Of a DNA stretch of 64,000 bases, positions 25,700 through 39,240 are shown piece after piece. The DNA is from Carcharhinus amblyrhynchos (Eukaryota). Where the stretch lies: assembly GCA_965287045.1 (NCBI GenBank), contig OZ336873.1:56358001-56422000 (forward strand), read 5' to 3'. A program made the position numbers and the translations under genes. The number at the start of each line of letters is the position of its first letter. The stretch's first letter is position 1. The notes under the pieces are model-generated. The model was not told the origin of the DNA. It worked only from the letters and a program-made list of their open reading frames with translations, and did not search any database.

Positions 25700-27200
25700 C
25701 TAACAGAGGAAGTAGAAACTTAGGCAGAGCTAATTCAGATTTATGAAACCAGCATTGTGTTTGACGAGTTCATCACATAGTTGTAGGTTGTAACCGGTAA
25801 GACAAATGAGGGATAATTAATGGCTCTGATACAGTTGAACATTCAAAAACAAAATAGCCCATATGAGCCAGATGATAAGCCATCACACTGTGCGACTTTG
25901 GAAGGGCGTACTGAATGAACGTGGCTGAAAGATGTATCAGTAGAGAGGAAAGAGAGCTTAGAAATATATTGGCCATTTTGGGTTGACAGGCTATAACTAA
26001 AATAACACCAGAAGAATCATCGCTTGCGCTTGGCGATTTACAATATACGTGATCAATAGAAATGACTAGGTTTAATGCAATGATCCTTTTTAGGCGGTGG
26101 AATGTTACATGGCGAGGTAAACTGCGAGAAGGGCGCAAAAAACATTGCAAAGAAATATAAGCTGAAGTGAGTGCTGAAGAAAATTGCGGATGAGAAGCAA
26201 TGTTTGGAAAAGTGAAGCTATTCATGTTGCAAGGAACAAAAAACGAAAACCATAATATGTTTTAAACCTGAGGGAATCAGAAACGCTCGAATTTCAAAGG
26301 ACTTCGGCGTCATTTTGCCCCAGTGACCGAATGCTAACGTTCACTACGGGAAAGCAAGAAATATGCTGATCGTTATTGCGATTGGATTGTAGTATACGTG
26401 AAAATGACGCAATCATTTTCGACTGCTTCGTCAGATACCTTCCTTCCATCATAGGGTCAGCAGTGGGGATGTTCGCTGATAATCTGGGGGACTCTGGTGT
26501 CGTAGAAGTGTCATTGGTTTGTGATCCAGAACCCTGGACCAATTCTCTGGAGACATGGGTTTTGATCCCTCCACAGTTGCTGGTGAAGTTTGAATTCATA
26601 AATGAATCTAGAATTGTAAAACTAGCCTTAGCAATGCTGGAGATGGTCCTTACCTAACGCTCAAGTTGTGTTGTCCAGCGCCTGATATTTCTAGAAATGG
26701 GTGTTTCATTAAATGAGGAGTTTTGAATTAAATGTTCCGCCATCATTAGCGAACACCCACAACTCTGATATATAATGGATGGAAGGCAATTGAGATTTCG
26801 GAAGATGGTTTCAGAACGTCAACTTGTGAGTCCCTTGCAGCGATCCCTGGCCTATGACGATTGAACTGCAAAAATCATTGCTAACTTTCTTCCAGCTAGA
26901 TATGATTCCATCCTGTTAAGAGTTTTCGTTCATGTTCCAATCGACTTTTCAGTTACCAGGAGCCTATGATGCCACACTCTGTCAGGTGCTGTCAAAGTCA
27001 GTCACTCTGGAATTCAGCGCTTTTGTCAAGTTTGGACAAAGTCTGCAATGAGACTGAGAGCCGGCTGTTCCCGGCAAGGAAGCCAAGTTGGGCACTGGAA
27101 CATTGATGAATAACTGTCGTTTCGCCGCACCGTTAATGACAGACTGCGTTACAATTTCCATGATTTAGTGTAGAATGACAGGGTGCAATTGGGCGGCTAG
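25700..27200. mobile_element. Cluster of ancient LINE relics plus a SINE head (26480-26650)
   Basis: IFDCFVRYLPSIIGSAVGMFAD (RT FADD region); decayed CR1-group pieces on both strands. Confidence 0.5.
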
Positions 27201-28549
27201 TATTACTCCGGGAAGTAAGTTAACTGTTGTGGAAAAAATGCCGAGTGGAAAAATTACGTGGATGTTTAATGATTTATAACGCAATGCTACACAGGCAAGT
27301 TCCAAGGATCCTAAACAAAAGCCTGCAAATAAATAGAGTTGCAATTTTGTTTTAAGATGGTATCTTTGAAATTTGGAACGCATTCATCCAATATTGCTCT
27401 TTTTCTTATTTTAGCCTTGCATGGAGCAATTTAAACAGACGGATAAATGCGTCCGTTTGAAGAGGTGACAAAGTGAAAGTAATGCCCAAATTTCATTTAT
27501 CGAATTACTTTTAAGTTTAGGACTTATTGCCACAGATCAGGCTTAAGAATGGGCTTGATTTGAAACTTGGTACTGGCCTGTTTCTAATCATTTAATGTGG
27601 CAGCACTGAACTGAACATCAGATCAAATGTAAACCTAGCCATTTACGAAGTGAGAGTTATGGTTTAAACGTTCACTACAAAGACAATAAATAATTATTTG
27701 GATACTGTTTCAATTAGCAGCGAAAGAAATTGAAGTAGCCCTCGTTCAAAGCCCTGTTCATAAAATCAAAGCTACGAGTGTTCTCACCGGCCAGGCTGAA
27801 AACAAACGTAATAATGTTACATCAACTCAAACACAGTTGAAAAAAATGAGTAGCACGACAACACTGCGTTTTGAAAATCACTGTCTCCTTCCCACCGCCT
27901 ATACTACTTTTAATTCTACTACGCCGTTATTGTCTAAAAAAAATTAAACTTGGGCAAATAAATCGACCTATGGCAGAAGACAATTAATGAATTTACATTC
28001 TTATCCTGACTCCAGCTACGTTGACCTGCTCAATCTAAAAGGCTACTGCTACCAATAGCTGTTTAGATGACCACATAGAATTCCAAGGCCAGTTGTGCAA
28101 ATATACAATTACATAAACCAAATACTTTCTGGAAAGCAAAAGCAAGAACAGGAGGGTCAAAGTCACAATCAACTTTCTGAGTTATTCGTAGTTGCTCGCA
28201 ATGTATTTAAATATATTACTATCTCTGCCGAGGTAAAAAAAAATCCGGTTTAAAACTTTGCAGTCAAGAAGATCAATAACAAGTACCAAATGGAAAATGC
28301 AGGTGAATATTATAAATCGCCAAACAACAATTATAATTGCAGTAAATAAAACTAGAGTGCGACCTTGTAAAGTATATTAATTAACAATTGCATGAAATAC
28401 ATTCTGTTTCCTAGGAAGGCACACATGCAGGAACTTACTAGGCAGGAATAGGCCATTCAATTATTCGAGCCTGCTGCGCCATTTAATGACATTATGGCTG
28501 ATCATCCCTTTCAAGGTCATTTTTTCGCACGATCCCCATATTCCTCAAG

Positions 28550-28680
28550 ACACAAAGGCAAAATACTGCGGACCCTGGAATCTAGAACAAAAGCAGAAAA
28601 TGCTGGGGTACCTCAGAAGGTCTGAGAACATCTTTGGAGAGAGAATAGAGCTAAGGTTTTGAGTCTGGATAACCTTTCAT
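28550..28680 (-). mobile_element. Hammerhead-family short repeat split by a CR1 insertion (other half ~29704-29720)
   Basis: Joining the two flanks gives gagtcCTGACGAaaggttatccagactcAAAAccttagctct on the minus strand. Confidence 0.6.
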
Positions 28681-29704
28681 AAGAACATAAGAAATAGGAG
28701 CAGGAGTAGGCCATCCAGCCCCTCAAGCCTGCCCCGCCACTCAACAAGATCATGGCTGATCTGTCGTGGCTCAGTTCCACATTCCCGCCCTCTCCCCATA
28801 ACCCTTAATCCCCTCTCTTATCAAGAACCCATCAACCCGCTTCTTAAAAATATTTAGCGAGGCAGCCTCCACCACCTCAACGGGCAGAGAATTCCAGAGA
28901 TTCACCACCCTTTGAGTGAAGAAGTTCCTCCTCAACTCCGTTCTAAACCGCCCCCCCCCCCCCTTTATCTTGAGGCTGTGCCCCCTAGCCCTACTGTCCT
29001 TTCTGAGCGGGAAGAGTCTCTCCACCTCTATCCTATCCATCCCATTCATCATCTCATATGTCTCAATGAGATCTCCCCTCATTCTTCTAAACTCTAACGA
29101 GTACAAGCTTAGTTTATTCAGCCTCTCCTTCATAGCTCAACCCCCGTATCAGCCTAGTAAACCTCCTCTGCACTCCCTCCAAGGCCAAAATATCCTTGCG
29201 TAAGTACGGCGACCAAAACTGCACGCAGTACTCCAGCTGCGGCCTCACCAATGCCCTATACAGCCGCAGCAAGACCTCCCTACTTTTATATTCAATCCCC
29301 CTCGCTATGAAGGCCAGCATCCCATTCGCCTTCCTGACCACCTGCTGCACCTGCAGGCTGGGTTTTTGCGACGCCGACGGACCCCGACGGTCCCTCTGCA
29401 CCGTCGCCTGCTGCAGTTTTTCGCCACATAAGTAATAGTCCTTCCTACCATTATTCCTACCAAAGTGGACCACCTCGCACTTGCCAACATTAAATTCCAT
29501 TTGCCATTTCCTGGCCCATTCGCCCAGCCTATCTAGATCCTTCTGCAGACTCTCCACACCCTCCGCGCAATTTGCCGTTCCACCAATCTTGGTGTCATCA
29601 GCAAATTTCGACACCATACACTCGGTTCCCTCCTCCAGATCATCTATATAAATGGTAAATAGCTGAGGCCCCAGCACCGACCCCTGGGGCACTCCACTAG
29701 TCAC
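28681..29704 (-). mobile_element. Young 5'-truncated CR1 LINE
   Basis: [15 protein letters not shown]...SKFADDTK; aagaacataagaa tail. Confidence 0.93.
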
Positions 29705-30269
29705 TTTCGTCAGGACTCAAATACTCCTTAATAGTTTCGCTGTTTAGAAATCTTTTGGTGTCTGTTTTGAGCAGACTCAGTGACGTCAGAGTCCTCCGGG
29801 GTAGAGCATTCTAAAGATTTGTCACGCTCTGAGTGAAGAAATTACTCCTCATCTTTGTCCTAAAATGCCTATCCTTATTATGAAGCAGCATATTCTGCTC
29901 CTGTCGGCCGGCATCCACCCTCACGGACACTACCCACCCTCACACGCGAAAATTATCACTAATATTACTAATTAAGTAAAGAACAGACTTGCTTAGGGGT
30001 AGGATCTATATTTTATTTTTACTTGTTTCATTTTGCACGCAATAGTTTTGAAACTAGACCAAAATAATAAACATGCAGCCAAAGATTCCAGCAATTTCTA
30101 CACATTTTCATACAGAAGTGTAATGAGCAACTGATGAGCAGTGAACTTCCGTTGTGGATTTATCGTATCAACTGGACATCCCTGACACATTAAAGTGAGT
30201 CGCCTGCGGCGCAGAATATCTGGAACAATTACACTAATATTGTATACACGGAACAAAATGTTTCTAATC

Positions 30270-30375
30270 TTGCACATCCCGAACAGGTGCCGGAGTGTGG
30301 CGACCAGGGGATTTTCACGATAACTTAATTGCCATGTTAACGTAAGACTACCTGTGACACTAAGAAATGAACTAA
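30270..30375 (+). repeat. SINE 3' tail fragment
   Basis: ggtgccggagtgtggcgac..ggggattttcac...cctgtgacactaa, recalled as a common chondrichthyan SINE tail. Confidence 0.4.
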
Positions 30376-31275
30376 AAAAATTCTTAATATATAAATGCCA
30401 CTTAATTTAGATATTGTTTGATTCCTTCAGGAAAACTTCACACTTTCTCATGTTGGTTATATATTGCTCTGCTTTAACTGGTAAATGATTCATTATTGTT
30501 TATAACTGGGTAGATTGGTACACGGAAGTAGCTAAGAATGATCTTTGCTATGCCTTCCTCAACTCTATTCCACGATTGAGCGTATAAATTAAAATCCTAC
30601 TCACTTCGTAACAGCTCATGTCCCATTTGTGTCGTTTGCTTTGTGGCACCACAATATTGTACCTCAGTGGAAAGCACCAGTTTGAACCACCTGATGCCAA
30701 TCTTATTGCGATCTTAAGGTTGACTGATTGTTGAAAAATAAAGCAAGTGTTTCGGTATTTGGTCCAAGCTGTGTTTTGTAAAAGTACTGGCACAGTCAAC
30801 TGATTCGATAGGGCATTTACGACTTAAAAGTTGAAAGTGGTAAATTCGATGGTGAGGAATGTTTCAGGACTGGTCGTTATGTTTCGTGCTCTGAATGAAT
30901 CTTCTACAGTTTTCCAATTTGCGAATATATCTGCAAACTAAACAAAAAGAAAGCAGAAGTGCTTTCTGTCTATCAACCTGTCTATCAAAATGACAGGCTA
31001 CAAAATAATTCAGTGGTAGAAATGAATATGTAAAGATAAAGATGGGCGGTCTAGAAATGTACTACTCAAAGCCAACTAGCGTAATGATCTACTAATTGTA
31101 TTGGACCCATGTTTCTGATATTTTAATTTGAATGTTGCGAAACTAAGAAGAGAACTTGCGCAATAACATTTATCCCATTCATCCTATTGTGGCGATACGG
31201 CAATGTTTCATAATGTGACTAAATCGGTGGTGCCGCGGAGATATATGCGCTTACAATCCTTTCGCTTTAGAGTTA

Positions 31276-32545
31276 AGAACATAAGAACATAAGAAATAGG
31301 AGCAGGAGTAGGCCATCTAGCCCCTCGAGCCTGCCCCGCCATTCAATAAGATCATGGCTGATCTGAAGTGCATCAGTTCCACTTTCCCGTTTTCTCCCCA
31401 TAACCCTTAATTCTCCTGTCTATCAGAAACCTATCCACCCGTGACTTAAATATATTCAGCCAGGGAGCCTCCACCACTTCAACGGGCAGAAAATTCCAGA
31501 GATTCACCACCCTTTGAAGAAGTTCCTCCTCAACTCTGATCTAAACTGACCCCTCCCCCACCGCCCCCCCCCCCCCCCAGCAATCACCCCTCCCCCCCAA
31601 CCCCCAGGATCTTGAGGCTGTGTCCTCTAATCCTGCTATCCTTTCTAAGCGGGCAGAATCTCTCTACCTCTACCCTATCCATCCCCTTCATTATCTTATA
31701 CGTCTCTATAAGGTCTGCCCTCATCCTTCTAAACTCCAACGAGTTCAGACCTAGTCTATTTAGTCTCTCTTCATAATCCAATCCCCTCATCTCCGGTATC
31801 AGCCTAGAGAACCTCCTCAGCACTCCCTCCAAGGCCAATATATCCTTCCGCAAGTGCGGCGACCAAAACTGCACACAGTACTCCAGCTGCGGCCTCATCA
31901 GTACCCTGTACAGTTGCAGCAAGACCTCCCTACCTTTATATTCTATTCCCCTCGCTATAACGGCCAACATTCCATTCGCCTTCTTGGTTACCTGCTGCAC
32001 CTGCAGACTGGGTTTTTTGCGACTCTTGCACAAGGACGCTCAGCTCCCTCTGCATCGTAGCATGCTGCAGCTTTTCGCCTTTTAAATAATAATCCCTCCT
32101 ACTATTATTTTTTCCAAAGTGGATAACGTCACACTTGCTAACATTATACTCCATCTGCCAGGTCCTCGCCACTTGCTAAGCCTATCCAGATCTCTCTGCA
32201 GACTTTCCACACCCTCCATGCAATTTGCTTTTCCACTCATCTTTGTGTCATCAGCAAATTTCGTCACCCTACACTCAGCCCCCTCCTCCAGATCATCAGT
32301 ATAAATTGTAAATAGTTGAAGCCCTATCACCGATCCCTGCGGCACTCCACTAGTCACCAACCGCCAACCAGAATAGCACCCATTGATACCAACTCTCTGC
32401 TTCCTATTAGACAGCCAATCCTCTATCCACGCTAACACCTTGCCCCCAACTCCGTGCACCCTAACCTTCTGTAGCAACCTTCTATGAAGCACCTATCAAA
32501 CGCCTTTTGGAAATCTAAAAACACCACATCCACCGCTTCCTCTCT
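31276..32545 (-). mobile_element. Young 5'-truncated CR1 LINE
   Basis: ORFs 31584-32492 with GVPQGS and KFADDTK; (aagaacat)n tail. Confidence 0.93.
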
Positions 32546-32994
32546 GTCTGCCCCTCTGTCCAGAGTTCGGGTCAGGAAGCCTCAGTTCTCTTCGTGCTAT
32601 TGTTAATATTAAGTCGTCCGGTAAAACTCGCTGCCAAGCAGCCATGTACCATAAACCGTGTATCGGTTATGAAGAAATTCGCCGTAAATCCAATGATATC
32701 AGTCACAAGAAACAATAAGCCAATTGGCAGTTTTCTGTCCTAGTGCGAGAATGGACTTTCGCAAGAGAAGCGTACTCGCGTTCTTGCCACTGAAGTTGCG
32801 CCACTAACAGAACACTAGCCTGTTGTTACCTGTCCGAAGAATTGCAAAAACTGTGGTTGCGCAATGTTTGTGCGACTAGCCTCAATCCAACGAATTTTGC
32901 TGGAAATCTGAGGTGGAGAATTTGAAATCAGATTTAAAAATACAACTAGCAACATGATTTGGAAATGTATGTTTCAAGCAAACTGTTGGCTTTT

Positions 32995-33360
32995 TAATGT
33001 TTGGATGCGGGTGTCGCAGGCTGAGCCTTTGCTAATTACTCTTGAATTGGATGGCATGCCAGGTCGTTTCTGAGGGCTGTTTAGAGTCAACCATATTGTT
33101 GTAGACATCAGATCATTTACACGAAAGCGGGTAAAGGCGGCAGATTTACTTCTCTAAATGCCATGAGTGAACCAGAAGAGGTTTACAACAACCAACAATG
33201 AATGGTTTCATGGCTATCGTTCCAACTTTAATTCTAGATTTCCTTTAATCATTTAATTCAAATTGACTTCATCGGCTGCGCTCCAATTCGAACCCTGGTC
33301 CTCGGCACATTATCCTGGGTCTCTGGAATACGAGTGGCAATACTACAGCCCAGTTTGCTA
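32995..33360 (-). mobile_element. tRNA-derived SINE
   Basis: ggcggcagatttact...gtgaaccaga core; attcgaaccc B-box complement. Confidence 0.6.
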
Positions 33361-33739
33361 TCCCTGTTCCCCCCCCCCCCCCCCCCCTGTAGTGGAAGCG
33401 TTTTGGCAATCATCTTTCTGTTACAGAAACATACGTGGCCTCTGGACTATATATGACCCCAGTCCGAAACTATTATGGTGGACTCTAATCTGTCCTCTGA
33501 AAAGGGGAAGTAACTTAGAGCGTTGTAACAAAACTTCAGGGAGAACAGCACGTGCCTCAAGACAAAGCAATGAGCCCAAAGCACTAGCAAAACGAAGATG
33601 GAAACCTACTCACTAAATGTCAGTAAACCTCCTGTTTCAAAAATGAAGCAGTTTTATTTGAAACAAATTTGCACACTTTTCACCCGTTGCTCTTCTGATC
33701 TTGAAAGTGATTCAGGTCAGTGTTCTTTGACGCCATTAG

Positions 33740-34160
33740 GCCGCGTACTCCATTCAACCTGACCGAACTAACCGTTCTACATCCCTGTGTCCCAATAGAG
33801 AAAGGAGAAGTCTCTTAAAAATCAGAGGCGACTCTTGGCTTTATACTATATACAGAATACACGGCAAGGATGGCACCTTTATAAGGAACCAGTTTGGCGT
33901 CAGCTGAAGTGTTACGTTCCAATCTGCACACCACGTTTTACAAAGGATGCTCAACGCGCAGAGAGGTTGCAAAACGGATCTAAAGGAATAGTAGAATAGG
34001 ACGATATGGGGTCGTCAGTTGTAAAGAAAGATTGCAAAAGCTGGAATCATTCCCCTTAACGTTGAGGGGGTTAAGAGGAGATTTGCTAGCTGTCTTCCCA
34101 ATGATGAACAGTTTTAATAGATTAACTGAAGTGACACTATTGCAGAAAAGTCGGTAACCA
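33740..34160 (+). mobile_element. Ancient CR1 3' relic
   Basis: Decayed RRLRGDL motif (ttgagggggttaagaggagatttg). Confidence 0.45.
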
Positions 34161-36170
34161 GAACATAAGAACATAAGAAATAGGAGCAGGAGTAGGTCAT
34201 CTGGCCCCTCGAGCCTGCACCGCCATTCAATAAGGTCATGGTTGATCTTTTTGCGGACTCAGCTCCACTTACCCACCTGTTCACTATAACCCTTAATTCC
34301 TTTACTGTTCAAAAAATTATCTATCCTTGTCTGAAAAACATTTATTGAGGTAGTCTCAACTGCTTCACTGGGCAGGGAATTCCACAGATCACAACGCTTT
34401 GTGTGAAGAAGTTCCTCCTCAATTCAGTACTAAATCTGCTTCCCCTTATTTTGAGGCTATGCCCCCTAGTTCTACTTTCACCTGCCAGTGGAAACAACTT
34501 CCTTGCTTCTATCTTATCTATTCCCTTCAAAATCTTATATGTTTCTATAAGACCTCCCTTCATTCTCCTGAATTGCAATGAGTATAGCCCAAACTACTCA
34601 GTCTTTCCTCAAAAGCCAACCCTTTCAACTCCAAAATCTACCTAGTGAATCTCTGCACCCCCTTCAGTGCCAGTATATCCTTTCTCAGGTAAGGAGACCA
34701 AAACTGTACACAGTACTCCAGGTGTGGCCCCACCAGCACCTTATGTAGCTGCAACATAACCTTGCTGTTTTTAAACTCCATCCCTCTAACAATGAAGGAC
34801 AACATTCAATTTGCCTTCTCAATTATGTGCTGCACCTACAACCCAGCTCCTTGAGATTCCGGCATAAGGACACCTAGGTCCCTCTGCACAGTAGAATGTT
34901 GCATTTTTTTACCATTTAAATAATAGTCCATTTTGCTTTTATTCCTATCAAAATGGATGACCTCACATTTACCAACATTGTCCTCCATCTGTCAAATCCT
35001 TTCCCACTCACTTAGATTATCTATATCCCTTTGTAGACGTTCAGCGTCCTCTGCACACTTTGCTCTTCCACCCATCTTAGTGTCATCTGTGAATTTTGAC
35101 ATGCTGTACATGGTCCCCAAGTCCAAATCATCCATGTAAATCGTAAACAATTGTGGTTCTAACAGTGATCGCTGAGGCACACCACTAGTCACCAACTAGA
35201 AAAACAACCATTTATCCCCACCCTTTGCTTTTGGTTGGTTAACCAATCCTCTTTCCATGTTAATACATTACCCGTAAAATTGTGCACGTTTATCATGTGT
35301 AACAATTTTTGGTGCGGCGCCTTGTCAAATGCCTTCTTGAAATCCAGATACACCGCATCCACAGGTTCCCCATTGTCCACTGCACATATAATGTTCTCAA
35401 CGAATTCCACCAAAATAGTCAATCATTACCTGCCCTTTATGAACCCTTGCTACGTCTTACCAATGGAACAATTTATATCCAGAAGTCTCACTATTTCTTC
35501 CCTGATGATAGATCCAAGCATTTTTCCCACTACCGAAGTTAAGCTGACCGGCCTATAGTTACCTGCCTTTTGTCTACCTCCTTTTTTAAACACTGGCGTC
35601 ACATTTGCAGTTTTCCAAACTGCGAGAACCACCCCAGAGTCCAGTGAATTTTGCCGTGTGCATTTGCTATTTCTCCCACCATTTCTATTAGTACCCTGGG
35701 ATGCATTCCATCAGGACCAGGAGATTTGTCTACTTTTAGTCCCCATTAACTTGCCCAACACTATCCCTTTCATGATAGTGATAGTTTCTCTGTTCTCACC
35801 TGCCATAGCCTTGCTGTCATCAATTTTTGACAAGTTATTTGCATCTTCCATGTGAAGACTGACAGAAAATACTTGTTCAATGCCTCAGCCATTTCCTGTT
35901 ATTGCATCCCCCTTATCGGGTGCTAAAGGACCAATGTTTACTTCAGCCATTCTTTTTCTTTTTATATATTTGTATGAATTTTTTCTATCTGTTTTTATAT
36001 TCTGAGCTACTTTACTCATAATCCATCTTACTTTTCTTTATAGCTTTTTTCGTGGCTTTCTGCTGACCTTTCAAGATTTTCCAATCCTCTAGGTTCCCAC
36101 TAATCTTTGCCACTTCGTAAGCATTTTCTTTCAATCTGATACCCTTCTTTATCCCCTTAGATATCCATGG
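34161..36170 (-). mobile_element. CR1 LINE, ~2 kb, 5'-truncated
   Basis: WKTANVTPVFKKG...NYRPVSLTS, YLDFKKAFDK and KFTDDTK; agaacataagaacataag tail. Confidence 0.9.
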
Positions 36171-36899
36171 AGACATGGATATCGGAGGACAGAGGTTTAA
36201 AGGAACAGCACAAGGTCAGAGATATCTGACGTTTGGAGTAGAAATATCCTACACCTTAATCCTGTCCCCCGATTAACAAAGGTTAGTCCAGCTCAAATGT
36301 TGCCAGAAGCACGACTCATAATATCATGCTAGCTTTTTGATTCAGATCGACTAAATCGACACAAAGCAGGAACCTACCACAGGCTGAATGTCTGGTCCTT
36401 ACTTCATTAAAGTATCATTTCTCTTTGCAAACATCTGAATGAGTGTCATTTTCCTCTGCTTCTCCTCGCAGCTCCATGCGCAGCTATCACTAAAAGTTTT
36501 CGTGAACATTCTTGGCTGCTGGACTGAAGCACGTGGATTTGGGCCAAAATTTCAGCTCTGGCTGAATGAAGCTAAAATTTGCCCCAGCAATTCTGGTCTA
36601 GAGAAAGACAGATGAGCAGGATGATTAATCCGAATTGCTATTCCTTAGATTTTTGCGAGAATTCTGAATGCCCGGAGGCTGGTGGAGATCTGGGTGGCAC
36701 TTTGCTCAGTGCACCCACGAACACTGCCTACCCTCTTGCACGAAGACAACCTCTTGGATGAGATGCTACAGAATTGCCCAGTCCTGCGGTCTGAATCGAC
36801 ATTTGGAGGAATGTGAAAATGATCAATGGTAGGTGTTGACGAATAAGATTATTAGAACATAGGGATACAGCGATACAGGAGCAGGTGAAATAGCATTGC

Positions 36900-37115
36900 T
36901 TTTCGCACGGAAACTTCGAACGCTTAGGAGGAGACCTCCAACTTCCCGGACTCTTACCATGACTGACCACAATACACAACTTTAGCCATGTGACATCTCG
37001 TGTCATGGTCACACATTCCGTTTCTTTGTACATGAAATCGATTTCTTTGCCAAATCATTCAAGGCATCGTTGCTATTTGCTGCGAGTTGCAAACTTTTAT
37101 TCTTCAATTTACAGC
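36900..37115 (+). promoter_or_regulatory. Putative proximal promoter of gene B
   Basis: ACTTCCCGGA at 36941-36950 (shared with gene A); RUNX-type ACCACA at ~36966. Confidence 0.45.
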
Positions 37116-37170
37116 ATGTCGCTGAAAACTGCAGTTCAGTGTATGGTTCTTCTGTGGATGGTCTGGACAG
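37116..37170 (+). CDS. Gene B leader exon (MSLKTAVQCMVLLWMVWT)
   Basis: ATG 37116, signal-peptide-like, 55 nt, phase-1 donor acag|gtact. Confidence 0.85.
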
Positions 37171-37369
37171 GTACTGTTGCGTGTTATATGTTGACATTCA
37201 GAATACCTTTTTTTCTATTTAAGAATACACGCAAAGATTCTACGTTACAAATTAGATGCGTTACAGCTCCAATTCGATCGTTGGTGATTCTTAACTGTCC
37301 TTGTACTTTACTTATCTTAGTTTTTGTTTTCTTTTGACGCATGCAGTTTACCGCCGCTCTTTTTTATAG

Positions 37370-37675
37370 GTGTGAAAATAACGTGGAGCAAAGTGGATCA
37401 GTTCCCTAAACATTTGACGGTTGCTAGGGGTGACAATGTTTCCATGTTCTGCACATTTCCCATGCTTGAAAGCGCTCCTGAAGTTTCTTGGTGGAAACGG
37501 GGCGAGGAATCGTTTCTGGAACCAGACAACAGAAAGAAAATTTATCTAAAGAAAGGCAGTAGTTCATTTGAAGTTCTGAATGCGAGTGTTGCAGACTCTG
37601 GAATGTACCACTGCTCAGTAAAACATCAACATAATAAGATTGGGGATGGAAGTGGCTCCCGGCTCACCGTGTGTG
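37370..37675 (+). CDS. Gene B Ig V-set exon with germline-joined J-like G strand
   Basis: tttttatag| acceptor, G|gtaag donor, 306 nt. VDQFP...GDNVSMFC...WWK...DSGMYHC...GDGSGSRLTVC. Confidence 0.93.
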
Positions 37676-38979
37676 GTAAGTATCATTGTACCGGGGGAAG
37701 GTCGCTTTTCAGCTGTGTGTGTGATTTGTGTAATTTGAACTTCTATCACTGGATGAAAATCTGGATTGGTTTTTCGCTGCTGGAATTCCTTTTCTATTGA
37801 CCTCCAGGTTCAACGGCCTGTCTCCTGATTCGCACCATTGCCGAAGATCAGTTTCACCCACTCCCTGACTATCCTCGTGACATTCCAAAGTGTTTTTCAT
37901 CCAACCAGTGCCGTTGGTTCAGTTGTAATTGTTACTGAAAAATCATACTGAAATAAAAAGATCGCATCAACTCTGAGATTGAGATTAATCAATTGGATGA
38001 GTTGCTCGATTTTCTTGTCACCGAAACATCAGTACCTAAGTGCAAAAAATGCAACAATTTTAACACGGCCTCTGTCAAATCTTTTGTAACCTATTAACTC
38101 ATGTCATAGGTCCCACAATTTACCATTGTTAAAAGCTCGACAATGTTAATCCCTTCTCATTGCTCTCAAAATGTCACGCCCCAGCTAACTTTTGAACTCC
38201 CTGCTTTATATTGCCAAACTATTACTTTTTAAGCTGAATTTTCCAAATTTGATTTGAGAAAGATTCGTGTACATGCGTATGAAGAGGTTGGTGTTAAGTC
38301 AGACACATCAAGTTGAGGTCTATCCACCAAAATGTAACTGAATTTCAAAGCAACCTAGAGAGAAAGAAAGGCCTAATCCTGTTCCTATGTTGGCACTCAA
38401 CGCTGCACTTTCATGTCAGTTGATAACCATGTTTGAGATGCCTAATCTTCACTGAATATTCATACAATGAATATCAGAGGGCACACAGTGATCTTAACCT
38501 CAGTGTTGCTTTTCAACAAAAGCCCTGGGATGTACAGGGCAGTGAAGATATCAATTGCCTATTTTGAGACCCTTTGGCGTCAGCCAGTTGGGTTTCTCAA
38601 AACCAATCATTCCAGACAGGCTATCACCGAGCGTCCATGTGTATTCCTAGTGTTCAATACGTTTAAATCAGGATTTCTATTTAAATTCCTCAAACCTGAC
38701 ACGGAAGTTACAACAAGACAGCACAGAACAATATCCTCATACGCTTGCACAGATAATCATTACCTATTGCAGCTAAAAGAAAATCTATGGTTTTAAAAGA
38801 TGCAGGCACTCTGAATCGCTAGGAGTAAAGGTTAACATTGTCTTGAAGTTAAAAATTAACTGTTTAATATTAGGGTATATAATGAAAAATTTTCGTAATA
38901 AAGCCAGATACGTTATGACAGTCGATCTAGCTGACACAATTAGTATGAACTTTCTATTCATTTGCGGGTTTTATTCATT

Positions 38980-39240
38980 TATTAGCTGGGCCAACATTTA
39001 CTGCCCATCCCGACTCCAGAGGGAATTTGAGATCAATCATAGGCCAGGTAAGAATGGCAGATTTCTTTCCTGAAAGGAAAGCATGGAACCAGATGGGTCG
39101 CCACTCCAATCGACATTGGTTTCATGGTATTACCAGACGTTTATTGAATTCAAATTTCACCATCGAACTGTGGGCTTTGAAACCAGGTCCCCAAATCTGG
39201 CTCTGGGTCTCTCCAATGACAACAGCACCACGCCACTGTC
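38980..39240 (-). mobile_element. tRNA-derived SINE in the gene B V-C1 intron
   Basis: ggcagatttctttcctgaaagg...gaaccagatggg...ttgaattcaaattt core. Confidence 0.6.

Noticed and set aside
38484-38524. RSS-like CACAGTG...ACAAAAGCC in the gene B V-C1 intron
   Set aside because: The spacer is 25 nt (not 12 or 23 +/-1), it lies ~800 bp from the V exon end, V already contains its J-like strand, and no partner RSS was seen.
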